From: Polyangiales bacterium | GTDB taxonomy: Bacteria > Myxococcota_A > Polyangia > Polyangiales > Ga0077539 | Length of the DNA: 64,000 nt | Assembly: GCA_044229975.1 (NCBI GenBank) | Contig: JBGARZ010000003.1 | Location: forward strand, 320,001-384,000 | Direction of reading: 5' to 3' | Shown: piece by piece, positions 49,427 through 58,033 of the stretch | How positions within the stretch are numbered: the stretch's first letter is position 1 | How the letters are laid out: each line of letters opens with the position of its first letter | Made by a program: the position numbers and the translations under genes | Notes under the pieces: generated by a model | What the model saw: the letters and a program-made list of their open reading frames with translations, nothing else | Database searches by the model: none | What the model was told of the DNA's origin: nothing

Positions 49427-50332
49427 ATGATCCTCAACCTGACGATCCTCAACGGAACCCACGCGGGCCACGCGGTGCAGATCTCCGCCGGCACGCCTCG
49501 CACCTTCGGCCGCGCGGCGCAGTCCGACGTGGTGCTCCAGGACGTCTACCTGTCCGACGTGCACTTCGCCCTCTACTGCGACGAGCAGGGCGCTCGCGTG
49601 CGCGACCTCCAGTCCCACAACGGAACCTTCCTCAACAACGCCCAGGTCACCGACGCCACGCTCAACAGCGGCGACCGCATCTCGGCCGGGCAGACCCTGT
49701 TCGAGGTCGCCCTCACCAGCCACGTTCTGGAGGTCCCCCCGAGCGCCGGCACCGACACGGGCGAGATCACCGCCGAAGACCTCATGCGCGGGATGCAGAG
49801 CGCCCCGCACGACTGCGCCCGCTGGGCCCTGCACGCCGAGGAGGGCAACTACTTCGCGATCATCGACTGCGCGCGCGGGCCCGACCTCATCACGCTGGTC
49901 AACCGCATCGAGGAGGAGTTCTGCGCCGTCGACGAGACGCGCGAGCCCGACGACCTCGGCGAGACGGCGCCCTTCCTCGTCGCGCTCACCCCGGCGTCGG
50001 ACGGCCTCGCCGACGTCTTCGAGGAGACCTGGGGCAACGGGTCGGCGATCTTCCTGGTGAGCGATCGACCGTTCATCGAGATCTACCAGCACCTCATCTC
50101 GCTGGTGACCTGGGACGATCAGGCCCGCCTCAACTCGGCGCCCTTCTGGGACCCGGCGCGCCTCGCCGATCACCTCGCCCGCTGCACCCCGGAGCAGGTC
50201 GAGCACTTCTTCGCGCCGCTCACCTGCCTCCTCGCCGAGAGCAACGACCCCCGGGTGATGACCCGCTACGCCCGCTCCCCCGAAGGCGCCGTCACCGCGA
50301 CCCCCATCGCGATGACCCTCCAGAACGCGTAG
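49427..50332 (+). CDS. FHA domain / DUF4123 fusion protein
   Basis: FHA: FGR, LSDVHF, VRDLQSHNGTFLN, GD.I..G. DUF4123: FAIIDCAR, APFLV, WG, HL..L, FWDP. Confidence 0.85.
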   Translation: MILNLTILNGTHAGHAVQISAGTPRTFGRAAQSDVVLQDVYLSDVHFALYCDEQGARVRDLQSHNGTFLNNAQVTDATLNSGDRISAGQTLFEVALTSHVLEVPPSAGTDTGEITAEDLMRGMQSAPHDCARWALHAEEGNYFAIIDCARGPDLITLVNRIEEEFCAVDETREPDDLGETAPFLVALTPASDGLADVFEETWGNGSAIFLVSDRPFIEIYQHLISLVTWDDQARLNSAPFWDPARLADHLARCTPEQVEHFFAPLTCLLAESNDPRVMTRYARSPEGAVTATPIAMTLQNA

Positions 50333-50343
50333 CCCGCGCGACC

Positions 50344-51144
50344 TCAGCGCAGCCCGCGCAGGCTCCCCTCGAAGCGGCCCACCATGATCGGAAACCGCAC
50401 CGCCTTGCCCTCCTCGTCGGGCTCGGTGCGCACCACCCCGCGGCCGTCCTTCGCGACGCACTCCAGCATCCGTCCGCCCGCGACCAGTCGATAGTCGAAC
50501 TGCTCGGCCACCAGCGGCGCCATCGCAAACGTCGGCTCGGCGAACATCTCGGCCAGCGCGGCCTCCGCGGCACGCTGCCGATCGGCCAGCGCCACGTCGA
50601 AGGCGATGCACACCTCGCGGTGGGCGATCTCGTTGTGCGCCCAGAACCCCGGGAAGCTCTTGCGCGCCAGGGCGCCGTGCATCGACTGCACGTAGCGCGT
50701 GGCCTCCTGCAGGAGCGCGCCGTCCATCTGAAGCACCTCTGCCCGCTCCCACGCCCAGGGCCCGAGGACGTCCTCGAACACGTGGGTCGCCCGCACCACG
50801 CGCGGAAACTCCAACGCACCATCGGCGAGCGTCTCGCCGAAGCGGAAGAGCGAGACCGTGTCGGGCTCACCCGGCTGCGTCCCCGGCGGGCAGCGCGCGG
50901 CATGCACCTTCACCGCGACGCCATCGCCCGGCAGCGTGCGCTTCTCGGTGCGGGCCACCGACGGCGTGGAGCCCGGGTTGATCACCACCTCGAAGAGGTT
51001 CTCTCCGCGAATGAGAACGTGATCGACCTGATGCATTCCCCCGCCGGCCGCCGCGGGCACCCGGAAGATCGGGATGTCATTGACCCAGACCTCGACGTCA
51101 CAGCCCTCGACGTCGACGTCGAGCACCACCAATGAGCGCGCCAT
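50344..51144 (-). CDS. Hypothetical protein, candidate immunity protein
   Basis: GAGG RBS; directly downstream of the candidate effector; N-terminal CDVEVWVNDIPI...GEN; no signal peptide. Confidence 0.65.
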   Translation of the reverse strand: MARSLVVLDVDVEGCDVEVWVNDIPIFRVPAAAGGGMHQVDHVLIRGENLFEVVINPGSTPSVARTEKRTLPGDGVAVKVHAARCPPGTQPGEPDTVSLFRFGETLADGALEFPRVVRATHVFEDVLGPWAWERAEVLQMDGALLQEATRYVQSMHGALARKSFPGFWAHNEIAHREVCIAFDVALADRQRAAEAALAEMFAEPTFAMAPLVAEQFDYRLVAGGRMLECVAKDGRGVVRTEPDEEGKAVRFPIMVGRFEGSLRGLR

Positions 51145-51166
51145 ATCGAATGAACCCTCTTTGGTC

Positions 51167-52837
51167 CTATCCAGGGAAGCGGAGCGGGCCGCCGATCTTG
51201 GTCTTCTGCATCACCATGTAATCGACGTCGGCGTCGATGAAGGAGACCACCACCGCCTTGCCCTTCAGGGTGATGCCCTTGAACTCGATCTTGCTCACCA
51301 TGATGCCGAGGCCCTGCTGGTCGAAGCCGACGTTGCCGTCCGTCTCGAAGCCGGTCTCCACGCCCGCCTTCAACGAGAGCACGCGATCATGGATGAGCAT
51401 CCCCTTCGCGTAGAGCGACGCCGGGATGTCGCTCTTGAAGCGAGCGTGCTTCCACTCTGCTTCCTTGATGGACTTGCGCTCGATGTCCTGAGACACCGTC
51501 AGGCTGCCGTCGATCTTTCCTTCGATGCCGGCCGTGAAGCCATAGCCCTTGATGGTCAGGTCGACGCCGAAGCCCACGCTGAAGGTCACCTTCACCAGCA
51601 CGAGGCGAACCGCGATGGAGTAGCCGAAGAACACCCGGTTATCGATCGACTCCTTGAAACCCCAGGTGGCCTTGAGCGAGCCCGTGAGCACCTCGACGCC
51701 GAAGGCCCAGTCCCAGCCCACCTTGGGCTTGTACTTCTTGATCGCGTCGTTCACGGCCGTGATGGCCGCGGCGATGTTGCGGAAGGTGTTGATCGCGGTG
51801 AGGATCCAGTCGAGACCCATCACCTTCACGTCGTTGCGCTTGAGCTCAACCTTGACGCGCGTTTCGATGTCCGTAGAGCCCTTGTCGTCAGGCCCCATGG
51901 TGCCCGGCGCGCGCGGGCCCACGGGCTTGTTCTCCGCCGTGCCCTTCCACTCCACCGTGCCGTTGTTGTTGGTGCGCGTGGCCGTCGCCGTCGCCGTGGT
52001 GTTCCGCAGGGCGACCGAGGCCGACCCGGTGGTGGTGACGACCCGGCCGCCGCCCGCCGTGTTGATGCCGTGCTTGATCGACGCGCTGAAGAACGACGGC
52101 GACGAGATCGACAGCTCCCACTGGTCATCGGGGTACGCCCGGATGACCGTGTGCTGTGAGCGCACCGCCGCGCCGACCTTGCGCCCGCCGCAGACCAGCG
52201 CCGAGATGCGATAGTCCTGATAGCCCCAGCGCACCGGCCAGATGTCGACGAAGCTGCCGACCTTGAGCCAGCCGATCTTCGCGTCGTCGGCCGCGCGCAC
52301 CTTGCGAAACACCGCCAGCGCGTGGGTCTTCTGTCCCTTGAACGTGGTCGCCTTCCCCAGCGGGTCGGTCAGCACCAGGTGCGGGTGCGTAAACTCCCCG
52401 CAGAACTGGTAGTCCTCTTCGATGACGATATCGAGATAGGTCTTGCGGGTATCCCGGGGGGAGCCCGCGGTCACCTCGATGATGGTCCCGGTGACGTAGG
52501 GGCTCGCCGTCTTGGTGCCCCGCGAATGGATCACGAAGGCCTGCGGCAGGAAGCGCTCCTTCGGCGGGGTCTCGTTGCCCACCCACGGCGCGTGCCCCTT
52601 GCCCACCTTGCGCTCGGTGAGCTTGAGGTCCTTCAGGTCACACAGGTTGACCTTGATCGGGAGCCCGCAGGGGAGCGTCCCCGTTCGCTGCGTGGGGCTC
52701 TGGCAGAGCCTCGCCTGCGCGTCCCGCTGGGCCGCCGCTCGTTGCGCCGCCGCCCGCTGCGCCGCCGCCCGCTGCGCCGCCCGCTGCTTCGCGAGGTCAG
52801 CCTCGGAAGGGCCGAAGAAATAGTCGTAGAGACCCAT
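51167..52837 (-). CDS. Hypothetical protein, candidate spike-delivered effector
   Basis: GGAG RBS; in the vgrG operon; QRAAA repeats; Lys/Gly-rich beta-strand C-terminal half; no known catalytic motif seen. Confidence 0.7.
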   Translation of the reverse strand: MGLYDYFFGPSEADLAKQRAAQRAAAQRAAAQRAAAQRDAQARLCQSPTQRTGTLPCGLPIKVNLCDLKDLKLTERKVGKGHAPWVGNETPPKERFLPQAFVIHSRGTKTASPYVTGTIIEVTAGSPRDTRKTYLDIVIEEDYQFCGEFTHPHLVLTDPLGKATTFKGQKTHALAVFRKVRAADDAKIGWLKVGSFVDIWPVRWGYQDYRISALVCGGRKVGAAVRSQHTVIRAYPDDQWELSISSPSFFSASIKHGINTAGGGRVVTTTGSASVALRNTTATATATRTNNNGTVEWKGTAENKPVGPRAPGTMGPDDKGSTDIETRVKVELKRNDVKVMGLDWILTAINTFRNIAAAITAVNDAIKKYKPKVGWDWAFGVEVLTGSLKATWGFKESIDNRVFFGYSIAVRLVLVKVTFSVGFGVDLTIKGYGFTAGIEGKIDGSLTVSQDIERKSIKEAEWKHARFKSDIPASLYAKGMLIHDRVLSLKAGVETGFETDGNVGFDQQGLGIMVSKIEFKGITLKGKAVVVSFIDADVDYMVMQKTKIGGPLRFPG

Positions 52838-52847
52838 CGGACGCTCC

Positions 52848-53231
52848 TCACTCCTCGGTCGCGTCGAGCGCGCCGAGCATGTCCTCGCAGAGCGCCTCGA
52901 CGCGCTCCATCAACTGGTCGACCTTCATCCGCCCGTCGAGACCTTCGCTCGTCAGCGTGTCGTTGGCCCAAGGCAGGTTGGGGTCTTCGTCGAACTGGGG
53001 GTGCAACAGCAACATCACGTCGCAGTAGCGCCCCACGTCGTACTCCGTGTCGATCTCGTACCGCGCGCAGCGCTCCATGCCGTGGGCGACGAAGCGCTCC
53101 AGGCCCTCCTCGCCCATCGCCGCGCACTCCTCGGGCCACACCCGTCGGAGGTGCGCGGTGACGTTCTCCACGAAGGGGTCCATCGCCGCGCGGGCGAGGG
53201 CGTCCATCTGCGCGCTGCGAATGACCAGCAC
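52848..53231 (-). CDS. Small acidic protein, candidate effector co-chaperone
   Basis: GTG start LVIRSAQMDAL...HLRRVWPE...RYEI...FDEDP.LPW; lies between vgrG and the effector. Confidence 0.72.
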   Translation of the reverse strand: MLVIRSAQMDALARAAMDPFVENVTAHLRRVWPEECAAMGEEGLERFVAHGMERCARYEIDTEYDVGRYCDVMLLLHPQFDEDPNLPWANDTLTSEGLDGRMKVDQLMERVEALCEDMLGALDATEE

Positions 53232-53238
53232 GTCGATC

Positions 53239-55947
53239 TCAGTGCGGCAGGAACAGCCGGTCGACCTGCTTGCCGATCACGCTGTCGAGCTGCTTCACGG
53301 CCTGCGCCGCGAGCTTCGCCGCCTGCGGGGGCAGGCCACGCCGGTCGATCCACCCTTGCAGCACCTCGCGACCCGCCGTCACCGCCGGGCCCTTGAGGAA
53401 GGCCGCGACGTCCGCGCCGTTGCGCTGCTTCAGCACCGTCCAGAACGGGTCGCGCGCCATGCCCTGATCGAGCCCCACCGCGCGCAGCGTGCCCCACGTC
53501 GCCGCGGTGGTGGTCACGCCCTTCAGCTCCTTCACGAGCCCGGAGAGCAGCGGGCTGTTCTTCACCCGGGGGTTGTTCTCCAGGCCCTTGAAGGCCTGGC
53601 CGACGAGGCCCTTCACCCCTTCGGTGATGGCCTCTTCGCCCGCCTTGAGCGCCGCGTCCTTGATCACCCCGAAGTTGGGCTTGCGGCCTTCCTTCAGCGC
53701 TGAGGCGAGCTCGGTCACGGTGGTCTTCGCGAGCCCCTGGAGGCGCTCGGAGATCTTGTCCGGCACGCCCGCCTTCGCGAGCAGCTTCTTCAGCCCCGCG
53801 CTCGCCTGCTCGCCCAGCTTCGCGGGGTCGATGGCGTTCTTCAGCTTGGCCAGCAGACCCCCAGAGGTGCCCTGGAGGCTCACCGCGGCCGCGACGGCGG
53901 TCTCCTGCGGCGCGACGGTGTTGCTGTCCGTCTCGCCGCAATTGATCTTCACCAGCGCGCCGTTGATGTTCACCAGCGACCCGCCGATGACGTGAATGGT
54001 CGGCGAGTTGATGGTGATCTTGTTGGGCAGCAGCATGATGCTCGACTCGCCCACCTTGAAGCCCATGCTCGACTCGGCCGTGACCGCGAAGTGCGTGTCG
54101 ACCCGCAGCGACGCGCCCGCCCCGCCGTGCACCGCGATGGAGCTGTTGCCCTCCACGTCCAGCGAGTCGTTCTGCACGATGCTGGTGATGCGGTCCTTCT
54201 GGACGGTGACGTGCTCGATGCCCTGGATGGTCTTGGTGCGGTCGTGGCCCACCACCAGCGTCTGGTCGTGGCGCACCACCGAGTCCATGTCGCGCTGCGC
54301 GTGGATGAAGATCTGCTCGTTGTCCTTGAGGTCTTCGAAGCGCAGCTCGTTGAAGCCCGCGCCGCCCTTCGACGAGCTCGTCTTGATGGTGCTCTTGGTC
54401 TTCTCCGCGGGCAGCGGGTACGGCGTGTTGTTCTCGCCGTTGTAGACGCAGCCCGTGACGAGCGGGCGGTCGGGGTCACCTTCGAGGAAGGTCACCACCA
54501 CCTCCATCCCGATGCGCGGGATGAACATCGAGCCCCACGCCGCGCCCGCCCAGCTCTGCGCCACGCGCATCCAGCACGACGACTTGCTCCCGTTCTGCGA
54601 CGGGCCGCGCATCTCGGGGCGATCCCAGTGGAAGCGCACCAGGATGCGCCCATGGAAGTCCGTCGAGATCTCCTCGTCGTCCTCGCCCGGCGCCGCGATC
54701 ACGAGCGCCGTCTGCGGCCCGTGCACCAGCGGCCGCGGGGTGTCCCGCTCCGGCCGGATCGGGGTGTCCGACGCCACGCACTCGAAGCGGTTCCAGTAGC
54801 GGGTGGCCATCGCGGCGCCGGCGGTGTCCGCGACGCTCTCCCACTCCGGCTCGATGTTGCGCAGCAGCGCCTTCACGTGCTCGCTCGTGCGGATGTCGTC
54901 GGGGATGTCGCCCCAGGCCGCGACGTGGTGCTGCACCCCGAGGAGCACATAGTTGCGATCGAGCTCGGGCCGCTGGTGGCCGGTGATGGTGATGCCGCGG
55001 CCGGGCCAGAAGCCCGTCACCGAGCTGCGGCCGTGACCGACCTTGTTCTCCACCTGCGTCTCGTCGAAGCGCACGCGCGCCCGGCGCTGACCGTGGTGCG
55101 GGCGATAGACGTGCGCATCCTCGTCGTAGGCGCCGAGGGTGAAGCGCGCGGGGTAGTCGTAGACGGGACGGGCGCCGCCATCACCGGGGCTGCGCGGGCT
55201 CATGTCGAGCACGGCGCGCGGGTGCGTGAAGTCGAAGTCGCGCAAGAGCACCCCGGTGGTGCCAGTGCGACGGTGCCAGTCGAACCACATCACGGTCTCG
55301 GCGCCCGACGTGGCCGACCCGGCGCCATCGATGATGCTGATGGCCCCGCCATCCATCGTCGGAACGGCCTCCCACGGGTGCCCGTCCTCCACGAGCTGCC
55401 AGGTCTCCGAATCGCCGTCGTGCTTGAAGTAGAACGCGACGCCCTCCTCTTCGAGCAGTCGCTGCACGAAGTCGAGGTCGGTCTCGCGGTACTGGAGGCA
55501 GTTTTCGCGCGGCGGGAGCTGGTCGAGCGCGCCCTCGTAGGCCATCGCCCCGTCACCCTGGTAGACGCCCGCGTCCTTGAGCACCTCCTGGATGATCGTG
55601 ATGACGTTGACGTCCTGCCAGATGCGCGAGTTGACGCGCTTGGACAGCTTCCAGAGGTGCGGAACCACCACGATGCGGGCGAAGCGGTACATGCCCGTCG
55701 ACCCGAGGTCTTCGACGCGGCGCACGACGCCCTTCAGCGGGCGCGAGACCGAGCCGCGCTGGATGTCGAGGCTGACGTTGCGCTCGAAGAGTTCTTCGAC
55801 GTTGGCGCCCACGTTGCGGTTGGCGAGGATGAGCGAGGCCTCGTAGAGCCGCGACATCCCCTCGTCGATGAACACGTGCACCGGACGCCAACCGCCACCG
55901 GGGCCCTCGAAAACAAGCTCAACCTCGGCGCGCGGCGCTTCGCTCAT
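53239..55947 (-). CDS. vgrG: VgrG/TssI spike protein with C-terminal extension
   Basis: QYRETDLDFVQRLLEEEG, GPQTA, GR..V.FHWD, SCWMRVAQSWAG, PRIGMEVVVTFLEGDPDRP, FNELRFED...EQIFIHAQRD, gp5-like beta-helix. Confidence 0.96.
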   Translation of the reverse strand: MSEAPRAEVELVFEGPGGGWRPVHVFIDEGMSRLYEASLILANRNVGANVEELFERNVSLDIQRGSVSRPLKGVVRRVEDLGSTGMYRFARIVVVPHLWKLSKRVNSRIWQDVNVITIIQEVLKDAGVYQGDGAMAYEGALDQLPPRENCLQYRETDLDFVQRLLEEEGVAFYFKHDGDSETWQLVEDGHPWEAVPTMDGGAISIIDGAGSATSGAETVMWFDWHRRTGTTGVLLRDFDFTHPRAVLDMSPRSPGDGGARPVYDYPARFTLGAYDEDAHVYRPHHGQRRARVRFDETQVENKVGHGRSSVTGFWPGRGITITGHQRPELDRNYVLLGVQHHVAAWGDIPDDIRTSEHVKALLRNIEPEWESVADTAGAAMATRYWNRFECVASDTPIRPERDTPRPLVHGPQTALVIAAPGEDDEEISTDFHGRILVRFHWDRPEMRGPSQNGSKSSCWMRVAQSWAGAAWGSMFIPRIGMEVVVTFLEGDPDRPLVTGCVYNGENNTPYPLPAEKTKSTIKTSSSKGGAGFNELRFEDLKDNEQIFIHAQRDMDSVVRHDQTLVVGHDRTKTIQGIEHVTVQKDRITSIVQNDSLDVEGNSSIAVHGGAGASLRVDTHFAVTAESSMGFKVGESSIMLLPNKITINSPTIHVIGGSLVNINGALVKINCGETDSNTVAPQETAVAAAVSLQGTSGGLLAKLKNAIDPAKLGEQASAGLKKLLAKAGVPDKISERLQGLAKTTVTELASALKEGRKPNFGVIKDAALKAGEEAITEGVKGLVGQAFKGLENNPRVKNSPLLSGLVKELKGVTTTAATWGTLRAVGLDQGMARDPFWTVLKQRNGADVAAFLKGPAVTAGREVLQGWIDRRGLPPQAAKLAAQAVKQLDSVIGKQVDRLFLPH

Positions 55948-56127
55948 GTGTCACTCCAGATGGGGCGGTGCTTGAATGCCGCAGGCGTCCCGACGCATCC
56001 GGGGCGGCGCTCTACGACGGCGGCGCCGACGATACACCGAAGGCCCCGACTCGGGGATAGGGTCCACGCGCCAGCCCGTCCCTGCTGGCATGTGTCACCG
56101 AGACTCATCCAATCTCCCGCGAGCAAC

Positions 56128-57093
56128 GTGTTCGACCTCACCCACCCTCCCCCCGTCTCGATCGGAGCCTCGGCGCTCCGGGTGCCTTCCCTCGGCGTCG
56201 GCGCGTGGTCGTGGGGAGACGTTCGGTACTGGGGCTACGGCCAGCGACACACCTCACGCGACGTGGTCGATGCGTTCATGGCCTCGGTCGAGGCGGGCGT
56301 GACGCTCTTCGACACGGCGGAGGTCTACGGACACGGCGCCTCGGAGCAGGTGCTCGGATGGCTCGTCCGCAAGTCCAAGGCCCCGGTGGTGCTCGCGACG
56401 AAGTTCGCGCCGCTCCGCGGGCGTGGTGGTGCGAAGGCGCTGCGACCCGCGCTGGCGGGGAGCCTGCGACGGATGGGCGTCGCGAAGGTCGACCTCTATC
56501 AGGTGCACTGGGCGGACTTCGAAGAGGCGTCCATCGACGACCTCATGGCGGCGCTCGCGGACGTCGTGGATGAGGGGCTCGTGACGGCCGTCGGCGTGAG
56601 CAACTTCAGCGCGAGCGAGATGCGTCGCGCGCACGCGGCGCTCGCGCGGCGCGGCGTGTCGTTGGCGAGCAATCAGGTGCGGTACAACCTGCTGCACCGC
56701 GCGCCGGAGACCGACGGGGTGCTCGATGCGTGTCGCGAGCTGGGCGCGTCACTGCTGGCGTACAGCCCGTTGGAGCAGGGCGTGTTGCTCGGGTCGTACG
56801 CGGTCGGACAAGCGCCCGATGGGCCGAGGGGAAAGTCGCCGTGGTTCGCGGACAAGCACCTCGCAGCGGCCGCGCCGGTGGTGGCGTTGCTGCGAGAGAT
56901 CGGGCGCGCGGAGGGCGAGCGACCCGTGGAGCAGGTGGCGCTCAACTGGCTGCGCGCGAAGGCGGGCGTGATTCCGTTGGCGGGTGCGCGAACGGGCGAG
57001 CAGGCGGCGCGCAATGCAGGGGCGTTGGGGTGGATGATGAGCGAGGCGTCGGTCGCGCGGCTCGACGAGGCGACGACGGGGTTTCGCTCGTGA
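56128..57093 (+). CDS. Aldo/keto reductase
   Basis: LGVGAWSWG, FDTAEVYG, LATKF, DLYQVHW, VGVSNF, SNQVRYN, AYSPL. Confidence 0.93.
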   Translation: MFDLTHPPPVSIGASALRVPSLGVGAWSWGDVRYWGYGQRHTSRDVVDAFMASVEAGVTLFDTAEVYGHGASEQVLGWLVRKSKAPVVLATKFAPLRGRGGAKALRPALAGSLRRMGVAKVDLYQVHWADFEEASIDDLMAALADVVDEGLVTAVGVSNFSASEMRRAHAALARRGVSLASNQVRYNLLHRAPETDGVLDACRELGASLLAYSPLEQGVLLGSYAVGQAPDGPRGKSPWFADKHLAAAAPVVALLREIGRAEGERPVEQVALNWLRAKAGVIPLAGARTGEQAARNAGALGWMMSEASVARLDEATTGFRS

Positions 57094-57097
57094 TGGG

Positions 57098-57955
57098 TCA
57101 ATCCATCGCGTGGAGGGTCTTCAGCTCGGAGACGGGGAAGCGGTAGTCCGTGCGGCAGTAGTCGCACTGGATCTCGAGGTCCTTGCCCTCGGCGATCATC
57201 TCTTCGAGGTCCTTCGCGGGGAGCGTGCGGAGCGTCGTGCGGAGCTTCTCCCAGTCGCAGCGGCACTGGTACTTCACGTCGCTGTGCCCGGTGACGCCAT
57301 AGGGCATCAGGTAGAGCACCTCGGCGAGCAGCGTCTCCGGCGTCATCGCGGGGTCTTGCAGCATCGTTCCCACTGGAGGGAAGTGCTCCAGCCGCGCGGT
57401 CATCACCGCGAGCTGCGCCTCGGCCAGCTCGGGTAGCAACTGCACCAGATAGCCGCCCGCCGCGACGACCTCGTCGCCGTCCATCACCGTCGCCACCGCG
57501 ATGGCCGACTGCACCTGCTCGGACTCCAACAGGTAGGCCATCAGCGACGCCGACACGCCGCCTTCGCCCGTCACGCGCACGACGCCCTTCTGCGCGCCAC
57601 CGCGCGGCAGCGAGCGCATCACCTGGAGCACCGACCCGTCACCCAGCACCAGCGATCCGCCCGGCGTGCGCTGCACCAGTCCGCGGACGCCCCCGTCGGG
57701 ATGCGAGTCGGCCACCAGCGAGTCGCGGCCCTTGGCCGACTGCAGGATGCACTGCACCCGCAGGTCGGGCGCCATCGTCTCGCGCACCAGGATGGCCCCG
57801 GTCACGATCTCGCCCAGCCAGCGGGCCGCCTCGCCCTTCGCCTTCTGCGCGGCCACCACCGCGCGGACCGTGTCCGTCGTCCGCAGCGCCACCACCCGGA
57901 AGGAGCCGTCGTCGGTGATGGCGCGCACCGCGGCGTCTCGTCGTTCTTGTTCCAT
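57098..57955 (-). CDS. hslO: Hsp33 redox-regulated chaperone
   Basis: YL.ESEQ, AAGGYLVQLLP, CRC...CDYC zinc motif. Confidence 0.92.
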   Translation of the reverse strand: MEQERRDAAVRAITDDGSFRVVALRTTDTVRAVVAAQKAKGEAARWLGEIVTGAILVRETMAPDLRVQCILQSAKGRDSLVADSHPDGGVRGLVQRTPGGSLVLGDGSVLQVMRSLPRGGAQKGVVRVTGEGGVSASLMAYLLESEQVQSAIAVATVMDGDEVVAAGGYLVQLLPELAEAQLAVMTARLEHFPPVGTMLQDPAMTPETLLAEVLYLMPYGVTGHSDVKYQCRCDWEKLRTTLRTLPAKDLEEMIAEGKDLEIQCDYCRTDYRFPVSELKTLHAMD

Positions 57956-58033
57956 GGCGGGCGTATGTAGCATCGCCGCCGCCGTGGGAAGGGGGACGGT
58001 AGGCGGGCGCGATGACCTCGGCAGGAGCGGTCG

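Noticed and set aside
48389..55947. Complete T6SS or prophage tail locus
   Set aside because: No tube, sheath, baseplate, ATPase or membrane-complex genes in the window.
56044..56056. CCCCGA-C-TCGGGG palindrome upstream of vgrG
   Set aside because: Short GC-rich palindromes are expected by chance at this composition; no supporting promoter element.
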